DNA from: an uncultured Ectothiorhodospiraceae bacterium
GTDB lineage: Bacteria > Pseudomonadota > Gammaproteobacteria > J044
Length of the DNA: 64,000 bases
Direction: 5' to 3'
Assembly: GCA_964641615.1 (NCBI GenBank)
Contig: CAZXNH010000002.1
Location: 62,519 to 126,518 of the forward strand
Numbering within the stretch: the first letter of the stretch is position 1; every line of letters starts with the position of its first letter. Made by a program: the position numbers and the translations under genes. Shown here piece by piece: positions 51,421 to 61,000 of this stretch. Under the pieces are notes generated by a model. It saw nothing but the letters and a program-made list of their open reading frames with translations. It did not search any database and was not told the DNA's origin.

Positions 51421-54080
51421 CGCGAACCGAGTGGGGCTTCACGATTCTATTCACCCTGCTTTTTGCAGTTATTAGTGCCATTGTTTCGGGACATCTTACT
51501 CTTCAGGCAAGAACCCAGAGCTTTCAGTCAGATGCCCAGCGCATACAGGCCTCCCTGCTTGAGTCACTGGAATCCGCCCGTGGCCTGAGTGTCGCAATGG
51601 GGACACTCTACCGCACTCATGAACATATCGACTCCTCATCGTTTAGCTTTATTGCCACCGATATTCTTGATGCGAACACGGCACTCAGCACAATCACTTA
51701 TTCACCATGGCTAGAAGCCGGTCGTAAAGAGGCATTTGTTACAGCGCAGCGTGATGAAGGCTTTCCTACGTTCAGCATACAAACCCAGAAAGATTCAGAT
51801 GCCCAGACGTATTTCCTGCCATTACAGTTTATTGAGCCGTTTGATCCATTAAGTGCCCGATTCATGGGAGAAGATCTGTTTGGTAGAAAAGAGATTCAAC
51901 AGGACATCATTCAATCCATAGAGAGCAATGAATCCCGACTAGTACTTTTCAACTCACTGATGGACCATGATAACCAGCTTGCACTGATACACCCTGTTTA
52001 TTCAGGCATGGCATTACCTTCCAGTAAAGATATGCGCCTGCTTCACGCAAGGGGCCTGCTACTCTTTACGTTCAGTATCGACCAATGGGCACAGGGGCAG
52101 AACCTGACCCCGGACACAAAACTCTCACTCAATTACTGTGAAGATGAAGACGCAGAACTAACGCTAACTACCATGGAAAATTCAGGCTCTTCAGAATCCT
52201 CATTATTAAGACTCAATGAGAGCCTCGACGTCCCAACATTTCCCATTCGCATTCATATGGAAAAGGGGCTTGGATTCTCGGAGTTATCTCGTTCACCCGT
52301 CCCATTAGCAGTCATAGTCGCTACAGTCCTCGGGCTGATTTTTTCCCAGCTGATTATTAGCCGCAGGAGAATCAAGCTAAATGAGCAGGCCACAACCCTC
52401 GAGTTACAGAACATGCGGCGCCATGCCGAGACCACGCTTCAGTCTATTGGGGATGGCGTCATTACCGTGGACTCTTACCTGATTATTCGAAGCGTCAACT
52501 CAACAGCAGAAAAACTGCTCTGCAAAACAAGTGAAGAACTGGTCGGCTCCCCGGCAAACAGTGTTATCAAGCTCATCGATGAAAAAAGCGGCAAACCCCT
52601 CGGCCTCTTTAGTTCACGTGAGCACGATATTTCTCGAAACCACATTATTCTCTCTCGTTCAGGCAATACCGAACTTCCCGTCGAAATCGACATTCGTAAC
52701 CTGCATGGTAATCACGAAGAAGACATGGGTCAGGTTATTGTTCTACGGGATGTCAGCACAGAAAGAGAGCTCAGCAGGGAGCTTCGTTATCAGGCTACAC
52801 ATGACCTGCTTACCGGCCTGATGAACCGTTATGCCTTTGACCAGGAATTGCAGGCCGCACTTAAGTCTTCTCATCGCAATGGTTCGCATCATGTCCTGTG
52901 CTATCTCGATCTTGACCAGTTCAAACTAATTAACGATACCTGTGGCCACATGGCTGGAGATGAGGTTCTTAAACAGGTTACTTCCGTGATACACAATCAG
53001 CTCAGATCACAGGACATGTTTGCCAGGCTGGGCGGTGACGAGTTCGGAATCCTTCTGAGTAACTGTCCGCTTGATAAGGCCCAGGAAATCGCCGAACGGA
53101 TCAGATGCTCTATTCATGATTTTCGTTTTCCCTGGGAAGAAAAGGTTTTTGATCTGCGTGTAAGCATCGGCCTGGTACCCATCACCGATAACGCAGAAAG
53201 CATGACTGAACTGTTATCTGCTGCCGATGTTGCCTGTTACACTGCTAAAGATCGCGGCAGAGATCAGATATATACCTATCAGAGTGATGATGAATCTATC
53301 TCTGAAAGGCATGGGCAGATGCAATGGCTACCAATACTCCAGGATGCCCTAAGAGAAAATCATTTCACATTAAACCTGCAACCCATTCTCCCAATCTCCA
53401 GCAACAAGCTGCCCCGGATATATGAATTCCTGATCAGGCTAAATCACCCTGATAACACGCCCAGCCTTCCAGGAAGCTTTTTACCCGCTGCTGAACGCTA
53501 TGACCTGATGCGTGAAATTGATACCTGGGTTATTTATCACTGCTTTGAACTGATTCATTCCTACAGGCTGCCAGATAATGTCTGTTTCTCGATCAACCTG
53601 TCTGGCCAGTCTCTGACCGATCCAATGCTGGTTACCCGAATTCTGCAGGCTAATGAGGCTTACCCGGTTGACCCTTCCCGCATTTATTTTGAAATCACTG
53701 AAACCTCGGCGATAACCAGCCTCGCGGCGACCACTGAATTAATCAACAGGCTACGTGCACTGGACTATCGCTTTGCGCTGGATGACTTCGGTTCCGGCTT
53801 CAGCTCATATTCTTATCTGAGCAAGCTACCAGTAGACCTGTTAAAGATTGACGGACAGTTTGTCCGGGATATTAATGAGAATAAAATTCACCATACCCTT
53901 GTTAAAGGCATCCGCGAAATTGCCGAGGTCCTGAACGTGGCAACCATAGCCGAGTTTGTCGAATCGCAGGAAATTGTTGAATCAATCGATAAGCTGGGTA
54001 TTGAATATATGCAGGGTTACCATTGTGGCCGTCCGGACTCAGCAAAAACTATACTCGAAAATATCTCTGTCACTGAATAA
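51417..54080 (+). CDS. Membrane-anchored sensor GGDEF-EAL protein: periplasmic CHASE-like domain, TM helix, PAS, GGDEF, EAL
   Basis: N-terminal TM helix, a periplasmic domain of about 280 aa, a second TM helix, PAS, GGDEF ([12 protein letters not shown]) and EAL ([37 protein letters not shown]). Confidence 0.9.
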   Translation: MTRTEWGFTILFTLLFAVISAIVSGHLTLQARTQSFQSDAQRIQASLLESLESARGLSVAMGTLYRTHEHIDSSSFSFIATDILDANTALSTITYSPWLEAGRKEAFVTAQRDEGFPTFSIQTQKDSDAQTYFLPLQFIEPFDPLSARFMGEDLFGRKEIQQDIIQSIESNESRLVLFNSLMDHDNQLALIHPVYSGMALPSSKDMRLLHARGLLLFTFSIDQWAQGQNLTPDTKLSLNYCEDEDAELTLTTMENSGSSESSLLRLNESLDVPTFPIRIHMEKGLGFSELSRSPVPLAVIVATVLGLIFSQLIISRRRIKLNEQATTLELQNMRRHAETTLQSIGDGVITVDSYLIIRSVNSTAEKLLCKTSEELVGSPANSVIKLIDEKSGKPLGLFSSREHDISRNHIILSRSGNTELPVEIDIRNLHGNHEEDMGQVIVLRDVSTERELSRELRYQATHDLLTGLMNRYAFDQELQAALKSSHRNGSHHVLCYLDLDQFKLINDTCGHMAGDEVLKQVTSVIHNQLRSQDMFARLGGDEFGILLSNCPLDKAQEIAERIRCSIHDFRFPWEEKVFDLRVSIGLVPITDNAESMTELLSAADVACYTAKDRGRDQIYTYQSDDESISERHGQMQWLPILQDALRENHFTLNLQPILPISSNKLPRIYEFLIRLNHPDNTPSLPGSFLPAAERYDLMREIDTWVIYHCFELIHSYRLPDNVCFSINLSGQSLTDPMLVTRILQANEAYPVDPSRIYFEITETSAITSLAATTELINRLRALDYRFALDDFGSGFSSYSYLSKLPVDLLKIDGQFVRDINENKIHHTLVKGIREIAEVLNVATIAEFVESQEIVESIDKLGIEYMQGYHCGRPDSAKTILENISVTE

Positions 54081-54087
54081 CACCATC

Positions 54088-54636
54088 GTGCTGATACGCT
54101 TTAACAAACCTTATGGTGTCCTGACGCAATTCAGTGATAGTGATGGCCGTGAGACCCTGGCCAGCTATATCGATATCCCCAACGTCTACCCTGCCGGCCG
54201 CCTGGATCGTGACAGCGAAGGGCTGTTGTTGCTGACCGATGACGGCAAGCTGCAGCACAAAATCGCCAATCCCAGACATGCCATGAGCAAGACCTACTGG
54301 GTCCAGGTTGAAGGTGCACCTGACGAAGAAGACCTGCAACCCCTGCGTGATGGCATTGAACTCAAAGACGGTATGACACGCCCTGCCCGAGCACGGCTGA
54401 TGGATGAACCGCCGAACCTCTGGCCAAGAAACCCGCCTGTCCGGGAACGCAAAAACGTCCCTGACCGATGGATCGAACTGACCATATCCGAGGGCCGCAA
54501 TCGCCAGGTAAGGCGAATGACAGCAGCCATCGGTTTTCCTACCCTGCGCCTGATTCGTTATCGCATTGGTTCCTGGACCCTGGACGGACTGGCACCCGGT
54601 ACCTGGGACCGCTGCCCTCCTCCTGGGAAGCGTTAA
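54088..54636 (+). CDS. rluE: RluE/RsuA-family rRNA pseudouridine synthase
   Basis: [15 protein letters not shown]...[17 protein letters not shown] (catalytic Asp)...KTYWVQVEG. The 5' end is ambiguous. I chose the GTG at 54088 after the upstream stop. The ORF-track alternative starts at the ATG at 53956 and would overlap the upstream gene by 125 nt. Confidence 0.7.
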   Translation: MLIRFNKPYGVLTQFSDSDGRETLASYIDIPNVYPAGRLDRDSEGLLLLTDDGKLQHKIANPRHAMSKTYWVQVEGAPDEEDLQPLRDGIELKDGMTRPARARLMDEPPNLWPRNPPVRERKNVPDRWIELTISEGRNRQVRRMTAAIGFPTLRLIRYRIGSWTLDGLAPGTWDRCPPPGKR

Positions 54637-54645
54637 GAGAATCGT

Positions 54646-55518
54646 ATGAACTGGGACGACATCAATCTAAAGATCAGCCAGGCTAGTGGTCGCCCCTTTA
54701 AGGCGCAGGATATCTCTGCACAGGGTGGTGGCTGCATCAACCAGGCCTACCGAATAAAAGACGGTACGCAGTCCTATTTCGTCAAGCTTAACGAGGCTGG
54801 CCTTATCGATATGTTCGAGGCCGAATATGAAGGCCTGGAGGAACTGCGTAGACCCGAGGCCATAACCGTACCCCGTCCCATATGCACAGGTATCCAGGGA
54901 AGGCAGTCGTATATCGTGCTCGAGGCCCTGGAACTACGCGGAGGCTGTGACGCCGCCCTGCTGGGCGAACAACTGGCTCGACTGCACCTGACACATACCG
55001 ATCGTTTCGGCTGGCACCGCGACAACACTATTGGCAGCACGCCCCAGCACAATGACTGGACACCCGACTGGATTGATTTCTTCCGCCAGCAGCGCCTGGA
55101 GTTTCAGCTCAGGCTGGCAAGAGACCAGGGCATTGGTTCATCGGTTTACGATCAGGGCATGAAACTATCTGCCGTGCTGGATGATTTTTTCACCGATTAC
55201 CGGCCGACTGCTTCACTGCTTCATGGCGATCTTTGGAGCGGCAATGTCTCAGGTGATGCCTCGGGCAACCCGGTGATTTTTGATCCGGCCGTGTATTTTG
55301 GCGACCCTGAAACCGACCTGGCCATGACCGAATTATTCGGTGGCTTTGGTAGCCGCTTCTTTGATGCTTACCACGGCATACGCCCGATAGACTCGGGCTA
55401 TGAAACCCGCAGGACCCTCTACAATCTTTACCACATACTCAACCACTTCAACCTGTTTGGTGGAGGCTATGGCCAGCAGGCTGCCGGCATGATCAACCGG
55501 CTACTGGCAGCACGATAA
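54646..55518 (+). CDS. Fructosamine/ketosamine-3-kinase family protein
   Basis: PF03881 pattern (QGGGCINQAYRIKDGTQSYFVKLNE...LHGDLWSGN...DPAVYFGDPETDLAM). Confidence 0.8.
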   Translation: MNWDDINLKISQASGRPFKAQDISAQGGGCINQAYRIKDGTQSYFVKLNEAGLIDMFEAEYEGLEELRRPEAITVPRPICTGIQGRQSYIVLEALELRGGCDAALLGEQLARLHLTHTDRFGWHRDNTIGSTPQHNDWTPDWIDFFRQQRLEFQLRLARDQGIGSSVYDQGMKLSAVLDDFFTDYRPTASLLHGDLWSGNVSGDASGNPVIFDPAVYFGDPETDLAMTELFGGFGSRFFDAYHGIRPIDSGYETRRTLYNLYHILNHFNLFGGGYGQQAAGMINRLLAAR

Positions 55519-55599
55519 ATCAAAGCCGGTGCAATGGCTTGGCATTACCAACGCATCGGTGCATAGTAAGCGCACAACGATAATGACTCCGGAGGATCC

Positions 55600-56217
55600 A
55601 TGAAGACACGTCTGCTCCTTGCCCTTTTCCTCACCCTGGCAGTCAGCCAGGTTCAGGCAGCCCCTTATTACTACGGCAGTCCAGGCCACTATCCTTCACT
55701 GCCTAATTATCAGCAGGAAACCCCTGCGGACCTGCTCGAAGACGGCATAGCACGCCTGCAGGCCTTTATTGAGCAAAAGGGCATCAACGATCCTGAAATA
55801 CTTACGGCCTTCCTCAACGAACAGATCGCTCCCTTCTTCGATTTTGACCGCATGGCCCAGATGGTAGGTGGTCGTTACTACCAGCAACTGGGTCCTACCG
55901 AACGCGCCCTGTTCAAGAGCCGTCTGCAGACCATGTTCTTCTCGGCACTGGGTCGCAACCTGGGCGCCTATTCCAGTCCCAAACCCCGTGTCGATTTCAT
56001 GCGCCCTCGCCAGCGTGGCTATAACGAGATCGAGGTGGCTGCACGCATCCTGCCCGCTAATGGCTACCCGGTGCGCCTGGTGTTCCGCTTTGCCAACGGC
56101 AAGGAAGGCTGGAAAGTCTATGATGTCTCGTCCAACGGTCAGAGCGCGGTGCTTTACTACCGAAAATACGTCATGGAGCAAATTCGCCGTTATGGCCCAA
56201 GGGCCCTGCTGAACTGA
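55600..56217 (+). CDS. MlaC/Ttg2D-family periplasmic phospholipid-binding protein homolog
   Basis: Signal peptide MKTRLLLALFLTLAVSQVQA and a Ttg2D-like pattern (IAPFFDFDRMAQMVGGRYYQQL...RLQTMFFSALGRNL...VYDVSSNGQSAVLYYRKYV). A GGAGGA RBS precedes it. Confidence 0.7.
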   Translation: MKTRLLLALFLTLAVSQVQAAPYYYGSPGHYPSLPNYQQETPADLLEDGIARLQAFIEQKGINDPEILTAFLNEQIAPFFDFDRMAQMVGGRYYQQLGPTERALFKSRLQTMFFSALGRNLGAYSSPKPRVDFMRPRQRGYNEIEVAARILPANGYPVRLVFRFANGKEGWKVYDVSSNGQSAVLYYRKYVMEQIRRYGPRALLN

Positions 56218-56286
56218 TTACTCAACCCCTGTCCTCGGACAGGGGTTTTTTGTCTGTACATCATCTATTAAACCGGGAGCTGCGGC

Positions 56287-59200
56287 ATGCGCCTCTTGTC
56301 CATTGCCTACTTACTTTTCAGCCTGATCCTGCCTGTCCATGCCACTGAACTCAATATCCCCGACTCACTGGCGCCCTGGCAGGGCTGGGTACTCTTCCCG
56401 CATGAAGATATTCACTGCCTGCATGAACATAATACGAATAAGCCCAGGATCTGTGCCTGGCCCGACCAGCTAATCCTGGACCTGGGCCAGACCGAGGGCC
56501 AGTTCGAACAGAACTGGGAGGTATATACCGAGTCCTGGATAAGGCTGCCAGGCTCAGGTCGGTACTGGCCCCAGGAGGTTATGGTCAATGATCAGCCAGC
56601 TAGCGTTGTCTCGCGCAAAGGGCTGCCTGCACTTCATCTGAGCAAGGGGCAATACCGGATCAGTGGCAAACTGTTCTGGGACCGGATGCCGGAGCAGTTA
56701 GGCATCCCACCGGAAACCGGGCTGATTAGTCTGCAGATCAATGGAAAGTCGATCAGTAACCCAAACATCTCGCAGCGTGGCCAGCTATGGCTGCAAAACC
56801 AGGAGCAACAGGAGCGCGCTGAAGATAGTAACAGCCTGGATGTACAGGTCTTCCGGCTGGTTGAGGATGGTTTGCCACAGAAGGTCACGACCCAGATCGA
56901 TCTCACCATATCCGGCAAGACCCGGGAAATACGTCTTGAAAACATGTTACCTGAGGGCTTTACGGCATTACGCCTGACCTCCCAGCTACCCGCCAAGCTC
57001 AACGATGACGATAGTCTGCAGGTCCAGCTACGCCCCGGCCGCTGGACCATCAGCATCCAGGCGCGTTCGGACCAGGAAATCAATCCGATCGTACTGCAGG
57101 AGCATGCCGAACCCTGGCCCGAGCAGGAAGTCTGGGTATTCCAGGCCAGGCAGGACCTGCGCCAGGTCGAACTGACCGGCCTGACCCGCATAGATCCGCG
57201 CCAGACACGACTACCGCCCCAGTGGCAACAACTGCCCGCCTTTCGTGTACTGCCCGGCGAGGGCATGGGATTCAAGCTCATCCGCCGCGGCGCCGAAAAG
57301 ACCTTCCAGGATCAGCTCTCACTTCAGCGTCAGCTCTGGCTAGACTTCAATGGCATGGGCTACACCCTGCAGGACAATATCAACGGACAGGTGCGCAATA
57401 CCTGGCGCCTGTCGACGCAAAGTGACCTAAAACTTGGCCAGGTCAAGATCAATAATCAGCCCCAGTTTATTACCCGCCTGCCAGGCGACGCACAGGACGG
57501 CATAGAAATACGTCGTGGCAACCTGAACCTGCAGGCCGACAGCCGTTATACACAGGACCTCAAGGACCTGCCCGCCAACGGCTGGAACCTGGACTTCCAG
57601 TCAGTCGAGGCCACCCTGCACCTGCCGCCGGGCTGGCGCCTGTTCTCGGCCACCGGCGTCGATAATGTTCCCCGTACCTGGGTACAGCGCTGGTCCTTGC
57701 TCGATATCTTCCTGGTCCTGATTGCCGCTATCGCCAGCGCCCGCCTGTTTGGCCCGGTCTGGGGAGGCGTGGTCTTACTGACCCTGACCCTGAGCTGGCA
57801 TGAACCCGGCGCCCCCCAGTACAGCTGGCTGAACCTGCTGGCCGCCATTGCCCTGATTCGCCTGTTACCCAGTGGCAAGATTCGCCGCCTGCTGCAGATT
57901 TATCGTGGCTTCGCCCTCATCCTCATTATCCTTATCGGTCTGCCCTTCATCGTGAACGAAGTTCGCACTGGTATTTACCCGCAACTGGAAAACCCCTGGT
58001 CGGTAAGCTATGCCAGCCCGGTACGCAGTCTGCCCAGCTCGGTTGCCCAGGTCGCCGAGGATGTCGCCATGGAGGCTGGCGTGGTTGAAAAGTCCATCTC
58101 CAGGTCCGAACCAAAATCTTATTACCGTAACAAACAGAGCCTGGATGAGATCGATCCCAATGCACTGGTACAGACCGGCCCTGGCCTGCCGGACTGGAAA
58201 TGGAACAGCATTCCGCTGCGCTGGAATGGCCCGGTCGCCCAGGGTCAGGAAATGCACCTGGCGCTGATCCCGCCACTGGCCGTCAGCGCCATCAAGATGA
58301 TCCTGTCATTACTCCTGGTGGTTATGGCCTGGCGTCTTTCCGACACCGGCAAGCTGCGCCTGCCCAGGCTCAATGGCACACATGTCGCCATCCTGCTGGC
58401 ACCGCTGCTGGTAACAGGACTGGTCGACAAGCCTGCGCATGCCGGACAGTGGCCATCACCCGAGATTCTCGAACAGCTTGAACAACGGCTTTTGCGCGCC
58501 GACCGCTGTTTACCGGAGTGCGCCCAGATTGCCAACGCACAGCTCGACCTGGATGAAAACGTACTGACGCTCAAGCTTGAGGTCCACGCCGACACCGACG
58601 TTGCCATTCCGGTACCCGGGCATGCCATGGGCTGGACACCGGCCCTGGTGGAGATGGACGGTCAGCCTGCCGGCCTATTGTATCGCTCTGCCCAGGATGT
58701 GCTCTGGATACCTGCCAGCGCTGGGGTGCACCATCTCGTCCTCGCCGCTCCACTGCCTCCGGGTGACCGGCACCAGGTACACTTCCCCCTCAAACCCAAG
58801 CGCATCGATGTTGCCGCTGAGGGCTGGACCGTGGTGGGCCTGCTCGATGACGGCAGGATGGAGCCCAGCCTGGAGCTGATCCGACAGCAGACCAGCAATG
58901 GTGGTGATGCAAAACCGGATGAGATTCAGCCCACCCCCCTGCCCGGATTCGCACAATTACGCCGCACCCTGCACCTGGGACTGGACTGGCATGTCAGTAC
59001 CACGGTGATACGGGCCACCCCGGCAGACAGTTCCTTTATCCTTGAACTGCCCCTGCTTGATGGAGAGTCAGTAACCACGCCCGGCGTACAGGTTGAAGAT
59101 GGCTATGTGCAGGTCAGCATGCCGCCGGGAGAGAGACAGTTCAGCTGGGAATCCCGACTCGAAAAACAGGAACAGATACGCCTGGCCGCCTCGCCATCTC

Positions 59201-60354
59201 TGCAGCCAGGGCAAACCTCCTGGATCGAGACCTGGCAGCTTGATGTCAGCCCGGTATGGCATGTCCAGTTCACGGGCATTCCCGTGATTCACCAGGCAGA
59301 TGCCTCCGGGCAATGGCTGCCAGAATGGCGCCCCTGGCCCGGTGAAGAAGTGCTGGTTAAGGTGATTCGCCCCGAGGGGGTTGTGGGCCAGACCCTGACC
59401 ATCGATCACAGCAAGCTGACCTCAACACCGGGCAAACGATCCTCGGAACACAGCCTGGAACTGAGCCTGCGTAGCAGCCAGGGCGGCCAGCATGTGCTTG
59501 GTTTACCTGAAGATGCCGTGCTGCAGGAGGCGACTATCGACGGCCGCAGCCACAACCTGAATATCGAGCAGGGCAAGCTAGTCCTGCCCATAGAACCCGG
59601 CAGCCACAAGGTCAGGCTCACCTGGCGACAGGAGGCTGGCCATGCCACCTGGTTTAACACTCCATCTGTCTACCTGGGTACGCCGGCCGTGAACACCAAT
59701 CTCCTGGTCAAACAGGGCACAGATCGCTGGGTGCTATTTACCGGTGGCCCGCGCCTCGGCCCCGCCGTGCTGTTCTGGGGCATAGTCCTGGTGCTTGTCC
59801 TGATCAGCCTGGGCCTTGGCCTGATCAAGCTTACACCGCTGAAGAGCTGGCAGTGGTTCCTGCTGTTGATCGGGCTGTCACAGACACCGGTATGGCTGGG
59901 GCTGGTCGTCGTCGGCTGGCTGCTAATCCTCGGTGCACGTAATCGCCTGGAGACGCCCATCGACCCGGGGATACATAACGCCATGCAACTGGGCATTGCC
60001 CTGTTTACCCTGATTGCCATTACCTCGCTGTTCATTGCCGTCAAACAGGGCCTGCTTGGCCTGCCCGAGATGCAGATCTCAGGCAATGGCTCTAGTGCCA
60101 GCCAGCTAAAGTGGTACCTGGACCGTACTGATGGACAGATGCCCGAGGCCTGGATAATGTCCCTGCCACTACTGGCCTATCGTCTTCTGATGCTGGCCTG
60201 GGCGCTGTGGCTGGCCTTTTCACTACTTAACTGGTTACGCTGGGGCTGGCAGTCAATGAATGTTGGTGGGCTCTGGCACAACATCCCAAAAAAGCCACGC
60301 AAAACCCGGGGCTCTCGGAGGGCAAAAAAAGATGATGCAGAAAACGTGGAATAA
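56287..60354 (+). CDS. Uncharacterised giant (1355 aa) polytopic membrane protein with large periplasmic domains
   Basis: Signal peptide, then about 450 aa periplasmic, a TM cluster (about residues 470-570), about 600 aa periplasmic, a C-terminal cluster of 5-6 TM helices, and a Lys/Arg-rich tail. No motif I recognise. Confidence 0.55.
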   Translation: MRLLSIAYLLFSLILPVHATELNIPDSLAPWQGWVLFPHEDIHCLHEHNTNKPRICAWPDQLILDLGQTEGQFEQNWEVYTESWIRLPGSGRYWPQEVMVNDQPASVVSRKGLPALHLSKGQYRISGKLFWDRMPEQLGIPPETGLISLQINGKSISNPNISQRGQLWLQNQEQQERAEDSNSLDVQVFRLVEDGLPQKVTTQIDLTISGKTREIRLENMLPEGFTALRLTSQLPAKLNDDDSLQVQLRPGRWTISIQARSDQEINPIVLQEHAEPWPEQEVWVFQARQDLRQVELTGLTRIDPRQTRLPPQWQQLPAFRVLPGEGMGFKLIRRGAEKTFQDQLSLQRQLWLDFNGMGYTLQDNINGQVRNTWRLSTQSDLKLGQVKINNQPQFITRLPGDAQDGIEIRRGNLNLQADSRYTQDLKDLPANGWNLDFQSVEATLHLPPGWRLFSATGVDNVPRTWVQRWSLLDIFLVLIAAIASARLFGPVWGGVVLLTLTLSWHEPGAPQYSWLNLLAAIALIRLLPSGKIRRLLQIYRGFALILIILIGLPFIVNEVRTGIYPQLENPWSVSYASPVRSLPSSVAQVAEDVAMEAGVVEKSISRSEPKSYYRNKQSLDEIDPNALVQTGPGLPDWKWNSIPLRWNGPVAQGQEMHLALIPPLAVSAIKMILSLLLVVMAWRLSDTGKLRLPRLNGTHVAILLAPLLVTGLVDKPAHAGQWPSPEILEQLEQRLLRADRCLPECAQIANAQLDLDENVLTLKLEVHADTDVAIPVPGHAMGWTPALVEMDGQPAGLLYRSAQDVLWIPASAGVHHLVLAAPLPPGDRHQVHFPLKPKRIDVAAEGWTVVGLLDDGRMEPSLELIRQQTSNGGDAKPDEIQPTPLPGFAQLRRTLHLGLDWHVSTTVIRATPADSSFILELPLLDGESVTTPGVQVEDGYVQVSMPPGERQFSWESRLEKQEQIRLAASPSLQPGQTSWIETWQLDVSPVWHVQFTGIPVIHQADASGQWLPEWRPWPGEEVLVKVIRPEGVVGQTLTIDHSKLTSTPGKRSSEHSLELSLRSSQGGQHVLGLPEDAVLQEATIDGRSHNLNIEQGKLVLPIEPGSHKVRLTWRQEAGHATWFNTPSVYLGTPAVNTNLLVKQGTDRWVLFTGGPRLGPAVLFWGIVLVLVLISLGLGLIKLTPLKSWQWFLLLIGLSQTPVWLGLVVVGWLLILGARNRLETPIDPGIHNAMQLGIALFTLIAITSLFIAVKQGLLGLPEMQISGNGSSASQLKWYLDRTDGQMPEAWIMSLPLLAYRLLMLAWALWLAFSLLNWLRWGWQSMNVGGLWHNIPKKPRKTRGSRRAKKDDAENVE

Positions 60355-60889
60355 CTATCTGGCAGGGCTGTTCCTGCTATGCCTGCCGCTTTCAGCCTGG
60401 CCCTGGTCTCAGTGCGAGACCTCGCAACAAATCGTACATAACCAGTTGCAGGCTGCAGTACAGACGAAAGGGGTGGCCGGTGGATGCAGTCTCGTAAACA
60501 TCGATGTTGCCATAGGCCCTCGCCATGGTTCGCCGCTACGAATGACCCTGCGTGGCAGCGATCCACTGATGCACATGGAATTTACCGACCTGGACCGCAA
60601 CCGACAGCCCGAGCTGCTGCTGATCACGCGCAACGCGGGTTCCGGTAGTTATGGCGGTGCCACACTCATCATTAATGAAGGCGAAGAACTCAAGCCCATA
60701 GCCCTGCCTGATGTAGATAGCGAGGCACAGCCCGGATACCGGGGGCATGACCGAATCTTCGCTTATCGCGATGTCCTGATCCGCGAATACCCCGTCTTTG
60801 GTGAAAAAGATCCAAACTGCTGTCCCAGAGGAGGATTCAGGGAACTGGTTTATCGCTTCGACGGCAGTCAGTTTGTCCTTGAAAAGTGA
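60332..60889 (+). CDS. Hypothetical secreted protein (about 185 aa), translationally overlapping the giant membrane protein gene
   Basis: Signal peptide MMQKTWNNYLAGLFLLCLPLSAWP, four Cys residues, Gly-rich segment (ITRNAGSGSYGGATLII). The ATG at 60332 overlaps the upstream stop by 23 nt. Confidence 0.5.
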   Translation: MMQKTWNNYLAGLFLLCLPLSAWPWSQCETSQQIVHNQLQAAVQTKGVAGGCSLVNIDVAIGPRHGSPLRMTLRGSDPLMHMEFTDLDRNRQPELLLITRNAGSGSYGGATLIINEGEELKPIALPDVDSEAQPGYRGHDRIFAYRDVLIREYPVFGEKDPNCCPRGGFRELVYRFDGSQFVLEK

Positions 60890-61000
60890 ATCAGGCCTGG
60901 CTTAAGTGCTAGCCATACACAACAAACGGAATACTGAGTTTGCTACTTCATACTATGTTGCGCGGTGAAATTCTAATAACGACAGCATGTCGTTCAATAT

